Shown: piece by piece, positions 32,821 through 43,090 of the stretch
Layout: every line of letters begins with the position of its first letter
Position numbering within the stretch: position 1 is the stretch's first letter
DNA from: Thecamonas trahens ATCC 50062
Taxonomy: Eukaryota; Protista; Apusomonadida
Reading direction: 5' to 3'
Length of the DNA: 64,000 nucleotides
NCBI RefSeq assembly: GCF_000142905.1
Contig: NW_013657655.1
Location: 372,285 to 436,284, forward strand
Position numbers and translations under genes: made by a program
The notes under the pieces: model-generated
The model's input: only the letters and a program-made list of their open reading frames with translations
Database searches by the model: none
Told to the model about the DNA's origin: nothing

Positions 32821-35800
32821 GTGGCGGTGGTGGTGGGCATGGCGAGGCGGGGGAGGAGCCGCGGTCCCGGTTCCGCCGCAGCCGTCGTTCCGGAAGCTGA
32901 CGACGGGCGAGGGGTGAACCCGCCGGCGGCGACGGCGTCGACGGCGCACATTTCAAAGACTGAGCTCGATCCGTCGCCGTTTGATGCACCGTATGTGCAC
33001 TACGTCTCGCCGCGGCCGGCAGATTTGGATCTCAAGGTCGAGTATGATCTCGATGGGAGCGACATGGCGTTTGTCGAGGCGCTCAATGCGTTGCGGACGG
33101 CGTCTGGGCTCCCGCCGGTCTCGCCCGACACTGTCGAGGCTGCCATGGACAAGCTGGAGAAGGAGGCGTTTTACACGCTTGAGTCGGTTACGGCGGCGTC
33201 GCTCGGCACCGACGATGCCGACGAGGAGGCCGGCGGCGTGTGCGATGTGTGCATGGACGGCGAGTGCGAGGATACCAACGAGATTGTGTTTTGCGACGGG
33301 TGCAACACGCCGGTCCATCAGGCCTGCTACGGCATTCTCAACATTCCTGAAGGCAAGTATCTCTGCGCCACCTGCTCCGAGGGCGCGCCGCTCGACTCGG
33401 TCCCGTGCGTCCTCTGCCCCAACACCGGCGGGGCGTACAAGCCGACAGCACAGGGCGAGTGGGCACATGTGGCATGCGCCATGTGGATTCCCGAGACCTC
33501 GTTTGCGGACACGCTCGCCATGGAGCCGATTGTCGGCCTCGACGACGTGCCCGAGGCGCGGTACAAGCTGCGGTGCTACCTGTGCAAGACCCGTCGCGCC
33601 GGGGCGTGCATCCAGTGCCGCACACCGTCGTGCGCCATCGCCTTTCACGTCACCTGTGCCCAGAAGCACGGCCTGTTCATGCGGGTCCAGGAAGACCGCT
33701 GGCACCGTATTGTGTATGCGGTATACTGCGAGAAGCACACGCCGTCGGACGCGACGGTGAACAAGTACCGCCTCGCGGCGTCGCGCAAGCCGACCAAGCT
33801 CAAGGTGGCCAAGAGCTTCAAGGAGACGCTGGAGGCGTCGATCACACTACCGCGGGCGGCGGCGCGGCTGCCCAACCTGCCGGCTGGCCTTGTCCGCGAC
33901 GTGCTCGGCCACTGGAAGGCCAAGCGCGCCGACCGCACGCTCCCGTTCATCCGCCGGTTCCAAAGCACCATGTGGAAGCCGCACCCGATTGTCGCCGAGC
34001 ACGTCGACTCGCTTCTGTATCTGCGGCACGATCTCGAGCGGGCCCGGCTGCTCGCGCACCTGGTATCGAAGCGGGAAAAGGTGAAGCGCAACCTCGTGCG
34101 GACGCTGCGGACCATGGTCCGCGTCTCGCACGTCCCCACAGCCATTATCCAGGAGCGGCTGGTGAGCCGGCTGCGGGCGCTCGACCCGGACGGGTTTTTT
34201 GAGGCGAGCCCGGGCATCGAGCTTGCCGCCGCCGCGCCGTCGGCACTCGTTGTCCAGCCAATGACCTGGGGCCTGCTCTCGGAGAAAGTGGAGGCGCTGG
34301 CGTACCCGACGTTGCAGGCCTTTGTCAACGACGTCACGCTTGTGACCTCGGCGGCAGTGTCGTACTGGCCGGCAGACTCGCGGCAGGCAGTGCGCGCTGT
34401 GGCGATCCGCGGCGTGCTCTCTGACCTCGTCGCCGAAGAGGTCACGCTCTATCGCGAGGAGATTGCTGCGGACCTCACAGTCCGTGAGTCGGTTGTTCGC
34501 CCGCGGCATCCGATCCAGGCCGCGGCTCTGGTGGCACCACCGAGCGAGGCCCGCAACACCAATCTCGAGGCGACCACCAACGCCCGCGGCGCTGGCTCGG
34601 ACGACGGCGGCGACTCGTACACGTACACGTACTCGGGCTCGGGGGTGAGCCTAGATGAGATCTCGGCGACGAGCTCGGCAGGCTCGGACGGGTACTCGTC
34701 GTACCTCGCGGGCCTGGCGTCGACTGACGGCGACGGTGGCGCGAGCGACGAGGCCGACCCGCTGGTGGTCCGCATCGGAGTGCGCGGGCGCGGGCCGTCA
34801 GAGGCAGTGCTCAAGGACGCGTCGACCGTCAAGCCGGCCATGCCCCTCGCCCGGGTCCCGGAGCATCCGGTTGCCATGGCCCGCGACGACTTGCGCCGCG
34901 AGATGGAGCGCATCCAGTCGCGCCGAGCCGGCATGGATGCCGCCGAGAAGAAGCGACGCGCCGAGCGTCGTGCCAAGCGCGAGGCAGTCGAAGCGCGGCG
35001 GGCGGCCAAGGTTACGGTGCGGGCCAAGCGTGGGCCACCGCCCAAGCCTGGCGGCTCGCGGACTCGGGTCCGTGTCCGTCGCCGCAACCGAGCGCAGCGG
35101 CGGAAGGATCGCGCCCGTGCGGCGAGACGGGCGGCAACGGTAGGAGCCGCTGAACAAGCTGTCGCCAGCGGCGTGGTCAAGGCTGAGACTGCGAGCGGGT
35201 CCGTGTCCGCGAGCGGCGGCAGCGGCGGCAGCGGCGCGAGTGGTGGCGCGGGAGCGACGACGGCGCGGTCTGGCCGTGCGGCGCGGCGCAAGACCGGGAC
35301 AGCGACGTTGTCTCCGGACCGGCGGCGGAGCCGGTCCAAGGCGATGCCGCGGTACGCGTCGGCGACGCCGTCGACGCCGCCGGGCGCTAAGCTGGTGCCC
35401 GAGACCGGCCCGGGAATGGTGGAGGAGTTTGAAGAGAGCGGTGAGGTGCCGACGTCGTCGGGCCGGTCGATGAAGCGAGTCCGGCGGCGTGAGCGAGTGA
35501 CCACCCGCGAAATGGTGCCTGAGGTGCCGGTGCCGCGCAAGCGTGGGCGGCCGCGCAAGTACCGGCAGGTCAAGCGGGTGGTCAAGCGCGAGCGGTACGT
35601 GGCGCGGCGGCGGTCTGACAAGGTCCGTGTCCGGCGAGAGGTCGACGAGGATGCGGCTGGCGTGAGGAAGGCGGTGTCAGCGACGGCACCACCGCCTGCG
35701 CCTGCGCCCACACCTGCGCCTGCGCCGATGCGGTACGTGGCGGTGACCAAGAGCCTCGTTCTCCGCTCGCTGCCCGAAGCGCTCATTTTTGATGCCGATG

Positions 35801-37566
35801 GCTCGCTGCTGGCAGGCAAGCCTCTCGGGCACGGCACCATTGTGCGCGGGGTGATGGGAAAGCTCCGTCGCGAGCGGCGGAAACGGTTCAAAGCGCCGGC
35901 GCGGCTGGCGCGTCGCAAGCCGCGAGCGCTTGGTGGCGCGTCGCTCCCGCTTGGGGTGGTGAAGGCCGGCAAGGCCGAGGCGTCGCCGCGGGCGCGGACC
36001 CGCAAGCCGCGGGTCCGCAAGTCGGCCTCGCTCATGCACCGAGCGTTCGCTGCGCGCGAGGAGAGCTACACGTCGGCGCCGCCCAAGAGCCTTGCGGCCG
36101 GGCGGTACCACACGTCGGCAGCGGTGCGGATCACGTCGTACCTGCCGCCCAAGCTGGTCCGCGCCCGCGGTGACGGGAGCCCGGCGAGGCGGCTGCGGGC
36201 CCGCGGGCACACGTTTGGCAAGACTGCAGTGGGCAAGACACTACGGTCGGAGCGGATGCTGGCGACGCGGCACTCTGAGCGGCACATTGCGTCGCGGCGG
36301 CGTGTGTCGCGGGCGATGCAGCGCGAGCGGGTGCGTGCTCGCGCAGCGCGAATGGCGCGGACCCGGCCGGTGTCCGCGGCCGAGGCAGCTGCGGCGTCGG
36401 CTGTGGTGGATGACGAGTCGGGCTCGGGCTCGGGCGTCGCGCCGATGACTGTGGCAGACGAGACGGCTGGGCGCGGCGGAGCCGACGTTGAGGTTGTGGC
36501 ATCGGCGTCTTGCCAGCCGCCCGAGACAGTGGTCGTCAAGCGCGGCGACAAGTACTTTGTGCGAACAGCGGCGGCGACCGGGGCCGGCAGCGACGACGAC
36601 GATGGCTACGTGTACTCGGAGGAGGAAGACGACGACGATGCCGGTAGTGGGGCGAGGTTTGGCCTTCCTGGACACGGCGATGGCGACGGGTACTCGTACG
36701 CATCGTCGTCGTCGGGCCTGCTCTCGGGCTCGATCACCACCCTGTACTCGCAGTACGATACGGTGACGTCTGTTGGCTCGTCAGACGTGATGGTGGCGTC
36801 GGACGGCGAGGCGAGCGGGGCGGCCAGCGGTGATGGTGGCGGCGGTGGCGACGACGATGATGACGACGATGACGGCGGCGAGGTCGAGTACGACTCGTTC
36901 TACTCGTATTACACCTCGGTCTTTGACGAGTTTTGCTCGTACTCGGACCGGTACTCGTACGAGCTAGCTGACCTGCTTCAGCAGGCACGCGACGAGAACG
37001 CGGCCAAGGGCCTGGTCTCGTCGCCGACGGTGCGGCCGCAGTCGCATGCCGAGAGGAAGAGTGAGATCGAGAGCAAGAGCAGGCGCAGGAGCAAGACGAG
37101 TTCTTCCGCCAAGACCAGTGCCAGCGCTGCGGCCAAGAGCACGTGCAAGGCCAAGATGATCAAGCAGGTGGATGACGAGGCAGTCCAGCCTGAGGCGGCT
37201 GCTCCTACGAGCAAGAAGACGCCGGCCAAGGAGCTGTTCCCGATCGAGTTTGGAGTGGCGGCTGCTGCCGGCGGAGAGAGCGGCAGCGGTGGGAACGAAG
37301 GCTCAGCGGAGAGCAAGGCCCGCGGCAAGAAGCGGAAGAAGGGCCGGCGGCGCAAAAAGGTGAAGGGCCCAGACCCCAACACACCGACCAAGCCGATCAC
37401 GGCGTACTTTTCGCGAGCATCGCCTCGTCGGTCGCCGCGCGGTAACGTCGGCGGCTCGGGCTCGGGCCTCTCCGCGTCTGGTGGCAGCAGTGGTGAGTCC
37501 GAGTATGAGGCCGCGAGCGAATCGTCGGACGAGAGGCCGAAGAAGCGGCGGTCTGCGCGCAAGTGA
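32821..37566 (+). CDS. BRPF/JADE/Nto1-like histone acetyltransferase complex scaffold (EPL1, PHD, extended PHD, bromodomain-like, AT-hook, long disordered tail); start uncertain
   Basis: VEYDLDGSD...MDKLEKE (EPL1); CDVCMDGECEDTNEIVFCDGCNTPVHQACYGI (PHD); CVLCPNTGGAYK...WAHVACAMWIPE...GACIQC...FHVTCAQ (zf-HC5HC2H); LRHDLERARLL...KREKVK; PRKRGRPRK. Confidence 0.9.
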   Translation: MAVVVGMARRGRSRGPGSAAAVVPEADDGRGVNPPAATASTAHISKTELDPSPFDAPYVHYVSPRPADLDLKVEYDLDGSDMAFVEALNALRTASGLPPVSPDTVEAAMDKLEKEAFYTLESVTAASLGTDDADEEAGGVCDVCMDGECEDTNEIVFCDGCNTPVHQACYGILNIPEGKYLCATCSEGAPLDSVPCVLCPNTGGAYKPTAQGEWAHVACAMWIPETSFADTLAMEPIVGLDDVPEARYKLRCYLCKTRRAGACIQCRTPSCAIAFHVTCAQKHGLFMRVQEDRWHRIVYAVYCEKHTPSDATVNKYRLAASRKPTKLKVAKSFKETLEASITLPRAAARLPNLPAGLVRDVLGHWKAKRADRTLPFIRRFQSTMWKPHPIVAEHVDSLLYLRHDLERARLLAHLVSKREKVKRNLVRTLRTMVRVSHVPTAIIQERLVSRLRALDPDGFFEASPGIELAAAAPSALVVQPMTWGLLSEKVEALAYPTLQAFVNDVTLVTSAAVSYWPADSRQAVRAVAIRGVLSDLVAEEVTLYREEIAADLTVRESVVRPRHPIQAAALVAPPSEARNTNLEATTNARGAGSDDGGDSYTYTYSGSGVSLDEISATSSAGSDGYSSYLAGLASTDGDGGASDEADPLVVRIGVRGRGPSEAVLKDASTVKPAMPLARVPEHPVAMARDDLRREMERIQSRRAGMDAAEKKRRAERRAKREAVEARRAAKVTVRAKRGPPPKPGGSRTRVRVRRRNRAQRRKDRARAARRAATVGAAEQAVASGVVKAETASGSVSASGGSGGSGASGGAGATTARSGRAARRKTGTATLSPDRRRSRSKAMPRYASATPSTPPGAKLVPETGPGMVEEFEESGEVPTSSGRSMKRVRRRERVTTREMVPEVPVPRKRGRPRKYRQVKRVVKRERYVARRRSDKVRVRREVDEDAAGVRKAVSATAPPPAPAPTPAPAPMRYVAVTKSLVLRSLPEALIFDADGSLLAGKPLGHGTIVRGVMGKLRRERRKRFKAPARLARRKPRALGGASLPLGVVKAGKAEASPRARTRKPRVRKSASLMHRAFAAREESYTSAPPKSLAAGRYHTSAAVRITSYLPPKLVRARGDGSPARRLRARGHTFGKTAVGKTLRSERMLATRHSERHIASRRRVSRAMQRERVRARAARMARTRPVSAAEAAAASAVVDDESGSGSGVAPMTVADETAGRGGADVEVVASASCQPPETVVVKRGDKYFVRTAAATGAGSDDDDGYVYSEEEDDDDAGSGARFGLPGHGDGDGYSYASSSSGLLSGSITTLYSQYDTVTSVGSSDVMVASDGEASGAASGDGGGGGDDDDDDDDGGEVEYDSFYSYYTSVFDEFCSYSDRYSYELADLLQQARDENAAKGLVSSPTVRPQSHAERKSEIESKSRRRSKTSSSAKTSASAAAKSTCKAKMIKQVDDEAVQPEAAAPTSKKTPAKELFPIEFGVAAAAGGESGSGGNEGSAESKARGKKRKKGRRRKKVKGPDPNTPTKPITAYFSRASPRRSPRGNVGGSGSGLSASGGSSGESEYEAASESSDERPKKRRSARK

Positions 37567-37652
37567 AAGCACTGGGGCCGGCCGAGGTGAGAAGAGGGGG
37601 AAAGACATAGAGGAAGAGAGAGAGAGTGTGTGTGTGTCACGTGGAGAGTGGT

Positions 37653-38464
37653 TTACGAGCGCGGCTTCTCCTTGATCTCGCGGAAGAGGGCGTACAGGCC
37701 GACGTTCGAGACCTTGACGACCTTGAAGCGGACACCGGGGATATCACCGACTGCGTGGCCATGGCGACCCTGACCGGCAACAAGAACCTCGTCGTTCTCG
37801 TCGATGTAGCCGAGGCAACCATCACGCGGCACAAAGGCGGAGATACGCTTGGCGTTCTTGACGAGCTGGACACGGACGCACTTGCGAATGGCCGAGTTCG
37901 GCTGCTTGGACTCAATGCCCATCTTCTCGATGACAATGCCCTTGGCGTGCGACGCACCACCGAGCGGGTTGGCCTTGCGGGCCGTGCCAAAGTGCTTCTT
38001 CTTGTACTCCTTGTCGTTCCACTTCTGCTCACGACGACGGGTGCGCAGCGCGCGTGCCGTGTTGATTCCACGAGGCTTGCTGTTGTCGTCGTCGGTTGGA
38101 TGTCGGCGGAGGGGGGGGGGGGTGAGTCCAGAGTCGGGGCATGGGGACGTTCTACGCACAGCGGACAAGTGCTGTAGAGAGTGCACATTCTCGGCATGTC
38201 GCTAGGGCAGTGGCTTGCGTGGGTGTGTCCCGTGGCGAGCGGCAGCGGTGGCCATGCTGGGCCCAGGGCGAGTCATACAAATTCTGCCAAAAATACGGCA
38301 TCGGCCGAGGGTACTGGCGGGAGGCACTTCAGCTGGTGCAGCATAGGGGAGGAGGTGATGGGGGGAAGGGGGGGAGGATGGAAAGGAGATGCACAGGATA
38401 GTGTCTGGCTACGAGTCCCTGTGGTGAGCCTTCTGGCTGTGGTGTCTACGTACCCCTTGCCCAT
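37653..38464 (-). CDS. RPS23: 40S ribosomal protein S23 (uS12). Exon 1 38454-38464, intron 38080-38453, exon 2 37653-38079
   Basis: Spliced product [16 protein letters not shown]...[18 protein letters not shown]...[15 protein letters not shown]...KEKPRS. Intron GTACGT...ACAG. Confidence 0.97.
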
Positions 38465-38914
38465 GTTGAGAGTTCGAGTAAAGTGTGTGTGACTGATGGA
38501 CGGCTGGCCACCATTCGACCATTCGTCACTTTGTTGTATTGATCCTGTCCTCAATTCCCACTATGCCTTCGAATCGAATCCATTGCACACAGTGCCAATG
38601 AACCGAATCCCATTATCAATAGCCAACGATTGTTGTTGTTGTTGTTGGGGAGGGGGGGAGAGGGGATTAATCGTTCGCCAACGATTATCTCTCGGGTGCC
38701 TTGCTTTCGTTCCCCCCCCCCCCCCCGCCCCTCCCCCCCCCGCTCCTCCTCCTTTTCCTTCCTCAACCTTTGCTGTTCCTGCCGCCGGCCGCCGCTCGAC
38801 TCACGCCGCCAGCGCCTGCAAGGGAAGGGCGCGTGCGACAGAGTGTGGGAGGGGGAGAAGGCACACCTCACCCTCCCTCCCCCCCCCCCTCCCCCTCCCA
38901 TATCTACCTCTGGC

Positions 38915-40513
38915 ATGCACATCCGCCTCGTGGTTGTGCTGGCTGTCGCCGTGGCGGCGGCGGTGGTCTTCCTCGGCGGCGAACCCGTGGCGGCGACGGC
39001 AGGCGCGCGGGTGAGCTCCGGCCTGGCGATATGGATCCCATTCTCGGAAACACCCGCAGCGAGTGCAGCCGACGTGGCGCCGGTAGGTGGCAAGCCGTCT
39101 GCGGTGGACGTGGCACTGGAGCTAAAGCACGTGACATGGCTCTCGTCGCTGGCACCGGCGGGCGGGTACGAGCCGGCGGGCGTGGCCATCGCGCCTGGGT
39201 GCGGGACGTGTGGCGCGCCCGGAGTGAGCGACAAGCTCGCCATCAGCTCGCTGGCGGATGCGAGCTTTGCCTCACAGCGCGGGTTTTCCATCGATCTCTG
39301 GTTCCGCGTCCATAACACGTCGCTACACGCGCCGCTGCTCGACGTGGCGCTTGCAGCCGGCGACCTCGAGCCCGGGTGCTCGTCGGGTGCGACGACGCTG
39401 CGGTCGTTTGCGGTGGCCCAGCGCGGCGATGTGCTCGAGTGGTCACTGTCGGACAAGATCAGCTCGGTAGACACGTGTCGGACGTGCGCGTCGGCAGCCG
39501 GCACTCTTGTGGCCGGCGAGCTGTACCACGCCGTCGCCGTGGTCTCTGACGGCACCTCCCCGTCGGTTATGGACCTGTACATCAACGGGGTGTCGGTTGC
39601 GTGCGGTGCGTCGGTGAGCGGCGCGGCGACCACCATTTCGGCGTCATGGGTGACTGGGCCCAACTCGCGCTGGCTGGCGCTTGGAGGCCGGGTCTCTTCC
39701 TCGGACTACGACCTGTGGACCGGCAAGCTTTACTCGGTCGCGCTGTATGCGGCGCCGCTGACGCCCAGCGAGGTGCAGACCAACTACCGCGCCGGCGAGT
39801 ACAACCATGTTCCGGTGGCGCTGGCGCACACGGTGGCCACGCTCGAGGATACGGCGGTCTTGGTCCAGCTCAACGCTTCGGATCCGTACGACTCGGTCTT
39901 CACCGCGCGGATCACTACGCTGCCACTCTCGGGCGCGCTGTACCAGTCGAGCGAGGCCGGCGGGCCAGCGGTGGCGGGAGCAATCACGACCGTCCCTACG
40001 GTGGTCACCTCGGCGTACAACCGGGTGTGGTACGTGCCGGCGGCCAACGCGTCTGGCGTGGGCCTCGCCTCGTTCGCGTACACCATGGACGATTCGGAAG
40101 CTGTGTCGGCACCGGCGACGGTGACGGTCGACGTGAGCGCGGTCGACGATCCGCCGGCGGTGCTGGCGTCTGTGGCGGCGGTGGCAGCCGGCGGCGGGGC
40201 GACGGCCATTCCGGGCCTCTCTGTGGCCGAGCCCGACGGCGAGACGCTGAGCCTCGTCCTGCAGGCCGACTCGGGCCTGCTCACTCTCGGCTCGCTGACC
40301 GGGCTCATTTGCCGGGTTGGCTCGTGCGCCGGAGACACTGCGCTGATGGTGGAGGGCTCCGCGACGGCGCTCAATGCCGCGCTCGGCTCGCTCTCGTACT
40401 CGACGCTCCTGCTCGCCTCGGGCTCGGACACCGTGGTGGCGCGGGTTAACGACGCGTCTGGCGGGCCGTGGGCCGAGGCTTCTGTCGCCGTCACCGTCAC
40501 TACGTCGTGCTGA
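38915..40513 (+). CDS. Secreted LamG/ConA-like plus bacterial-type Ig/cadherin-like repeat protein
   Basis: Signal peptide MHIRLVVVLAVAVAAAVVFLGG. LamG motifs FSIDLWF, YHAVAV, LYING, WTGKLYSVALYAAPLTPSEVQTNYRAG. Repeat NHVPVA...TLEDT...SFAYTMDD...VTVDVSAVDDPP. Confidence 0.75.
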   Translation: MHIRLVVVLAVAVAAAVVFLGGEPVAATAGARVSSGLAIWIPFSETPAASAADVAPVGGKPSAVDVALELKHVTWLSSLAPAGGYEPAGVAIAPGCGTCGAPGVSDKLAISSLADASFASQRGFSIDLWFRVHNTSLHAPLLDVALAAGDLEPGCSSGATTLRSFAVAQRGDVLEWSLSDKISSVDTCRTCASAAGTLVAGELYHAVAVVSDGTSPSVMDLYINGVSVACGASVSGAATTISASWVTGPNSRWLALGGRVSSSDYDLWTGKLYSVALYAAPLTPSEVQTNYRAGEYNHVPVALAHTVATLEDTAVLVQLNASDPYDSVFTARITTLPLSGALYQSSEAGGPAVAGAITTVPTVVTSAYNRVWYVPAANASGVGLASFAYTMDDSEAVSAPATVTVDVSAVDDPPAVLASVAAVAAGGGATAIPGLSVAEPDGETLSLVLQADSGLLTLGSLTGLICRVGSCAGDTALMVEGSATALNAALGSLSYSTLLLASGSDTVVARVNDASGGPWAEASVAVTVTTSC

Positions 40514-40562
40514 GGCAAAGTCGCTTGGCTACAGTAAACGCCACGTGTGCATGCATGTGCTT

Positions 40563-42269
40563 TTACGGCGACGGGATCGAGTCGTAGCCGCCGCGGCCGC
40601 GGCCGTCGGCAGCGGCCAGCGACGGGCGGGTGCCCGAGAGCGTGGGCGTCTCGACGCCCTGGTACCGGACCGAGGCGTAGTCACCGGATCGGACCTTGCG
40701 CAGCATGTACGCGTCCGAGTGGTAGTAGCGACGAAGACCAAAGCCGACGCAGGCGCCGAGCACAACGATGATTCCCACGCCGAGGCCAACCAGCCACAGC
40801 GCTGGCGGAGTCCGGTGGCGGGTGATGGGCGCAATCGGGATGGCCGGAGCAGGCGGCGGCGGCGCCGGCGCGTGCTGGTCGACATCAATCTGGACAGCAA
40901 AGGGCGCGGTTCCGCCGCGCGGCGCTGGCGCTGTCACATTGCTCGTCGGCCCGGCGACGGTGAGCGGGCCGTGTGCATAGCTGCCGGCAACGAGCACGCC
41001 CTGCGCGCCAGCGTGTGACTTGGGGAGGCCGACCAGGTCAGCGCGGGAGCCGACAAGCGTGCCATCGAGCACGGCGTGGCGGAGAACGTCGCCCGACGCG
41101 GATGAGAGCTCGAGTATGACGGCTGGCGCGTAGAGCGCCTCGGCTTCGTTCTCGCCGGCGAGGCCGGTGAGGACAAGGAGCGACCAGGTGTTGAGTGGTG
41201 CGAAGAGTGCGGCTACGCCCTGGGCCTCTGCTCGCGGGTAGACGCTTGACCACAGCGGCGTCGAGCCGAGCGACGGTGGGTACATGAGAACCGAGGCGCC
41301 AACACCGTCGCCGTCGTCAAGGATGGCCGAGCCGACGGCGACGTTGCCGGACTCGGGCTCAACAGCCAGCGCCACATGTGGCAGCGAGGGCGTCCGCAGC
41401 AGCGAGTACGGCGCAAGCGCGTGGCTGATCCACGCGCCGGTCTCGGCAGAGAGCTCGGCGACCACAACGACCGAGGCTGTTGCCGGGTTCGAGCAGACCA
41501 GAGGCCCGGCACTGGGCCCACCGGCCACAACCCAGCGCCCGCAGCCGGAAAGCAATCCGGCAACGTAGACAGTCACGCCGCCGGGCGCCGCGACAATGCT
41601 CTCGACAACCAGGCGGGCGTCGCCGGCGTTGTCGGCGACGAGGCCAGCCTGCCACAGCTCCGAGCCGTCGACCGACGAGAGGCCGACGACTCCAGACGAG
41701 CCATTGTACGGTGAGTGAGCCACGGTAGCAGCAACCACCAGCACATCAACGCCGTTCACAAACTGGCTCGCCACACGGCCGACCACTCGCGGCGAGACCG
41801 GCGCACCGGGGGCCTGCGAGCGGCCGATCTCGGTCGTCCACGCCACCGATCCGTTTGTGGTGTGGAGAGCAAGCGACCAGGAGAGCGAAGAGGGAGCCCA
41901 TGAGAGCCGAGCAACAGTAGCCGGAGCAAGGCATGTCACATCGATGATGTCCAGCCCGACAGGAAGAACGCGAGACCAGAACGGCGTCAGCTCTCCGTTT
42001 GCCACAATGACAGCGGCCAGAAAGGCATGAACCGAGCCAGCAGGAGCAGTGACGACCACATCCTGCGCCAGAGCCAGCGATCCGTTGAAGCGACCGGCCA
42101 TGGCCACCACATCACCCGGCAAGCCTCCATTGCTACAGCCTCCACTCGCCGTCAGCCAAGCCGGAGACTCGGAGACACCGCCGAAGACAGACGTGGGCGT
42201 GAGCCCGAAGCACGCCGATGCGCACACCGCCAGAAGAACCAGCAGACATACCCCGTGACGCCAATGCAT
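40563..42269 (-). CDS. Type I membrane protein with a probable beta-propeller-like ectodomain
   Basis: Signal peptide MHWRHGVCLLVLLAVCASACFG. Repeated [LS]xxxxGxxxW motifs (LSSVDGSELW, LSAETGAW, LHTTNGSVAW). TM helix LWLVGLGVGIIVVLGACVGFGL, then a short Tyr-containing tail. Confidence 0.7.
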   Translation of the reverse strand: MHWRHGVCLLVLLAVCASACFGLTPTSVFGGVSESPAWLTASGGCSNGGLPGDVVAMAGRFNGSLALAQDVVVTAPAGSVHAFLAAVIVANGELTPFWSRVLPVGLDIIDVTCLAPATVARLSWAPSSLSWSLALHTTNGSVAWTTEIGRSQAPGAPVSPRVVGRVASQFVNGVDVLVVAATVAHSPYNGSSGVVGLSSVDGSELWQAGLVADNAGDARLVVESIVAAPGGVTVYVAGLLSGCGRWVVAGGPSAGPLVCSNPATASVVVVAELSAETGAWISHALAPYSLLRTPSLPHVALAVEPESGNVAVGSAILDDGDGVGASVLMYPPSLGSTPLWSSVYPRAEAQGVAALFAPLNTWSLLVLTGLAGENEAEALYAPAVILELSSASGDVLRHAVLDGTLVGSRADLVGLPKSHAGAQGVLVAGSYAHGPLTVAGPTSNVTAPAPRGGTAPFAVQIDVDQHAPAPPPPAPAIPIAPITRHRTPPALWLVGLGVGIIVVLGACVGFGLRRYYHSDAYMLRKVRSGDYASVRYQGVETPTLSGTRPSLAAADGRGRGGYDSIPSP

Positions 42270-42518
42270 GCGTGTATGTATGTGCGTGGGGTATGTGTAC
42301 GTGTGGTGTGTGTGTGTGTGTACGTGTGTGAGTGTGAGTGTGAGTGAGTGTGTGTGTGTGCCTTTGCGTGGGGGGGTGGCGAGCGGTGGTCGTGCGGTCA
42401 CGGGGTCTGTGGCAGGTGGTCGGTCGATGGGTGGTGGCCGGTGGTGGGCGGTGGTTGGTCGGTCGGCCTGGGAAGTCGGGTCAGGGTCAGGGGACATCCG
42501 ACTCGACTTGGCGCCAAC

Positions 42519-43056
42519 ATGTCCGAGCCCGAGTACGAGGCAACGCTCGAGAAGGAGCTTGGCGTAGGTCAATCCCTTCCCCCCTCCCCTCCCCCTCCCC
42601 TCCCCTCCCCTCTTCCCCCTCCCTTGTCCCTTATTCTCCACCTTCACTGCTCCTTGCTCCCGCTCACCCTTCTCCATCCCCATCTCCATCCCCCGTCCCA
42701 TGCAGCGTCTGGAAGAGGACTACGAGGCGCAGGTGGAGTCCGGCGGTACGGTCTCGCTCGGAGTAGCCACCAACTTTGCCCATAGGCTCATTGCCTCTAC
42801 CTGTGCAGAGGATCTGGAACGGGGTGTCGACATTCTCCAGGGTACGGAAGAATCATGGTGCTGCTGCGGGTTGCTGCCTTCTTTTCTGCCCGCCCGGCTT
42901 GCTTGGTCTTGCTGCTGCGTTGACGCGTTGCTGCCGCACGCCCTGATGGCCGCAGGCGAAGTGGGGCTGGGGGTGGGGGGCTATGTGACGAGAGGTGTTA
43001 TGGAGGGGCTGTGTGTGTGCGCATGTGCGTGGGGCTGTGCGTGTGTGTGCGCGCGC

Positions 43057-43090
<34 letters not shown>

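Noticed and set aside
1-38464. Functional cluster of ribosome-biogenesis and RNA-export genes (NOC3, UTP14, PABPN1, NXF1, PDCD2, RPS23)
   Set aside because: They are interspersed with unrelated genes and belong to a large functional class, so chance cannot be excluded.
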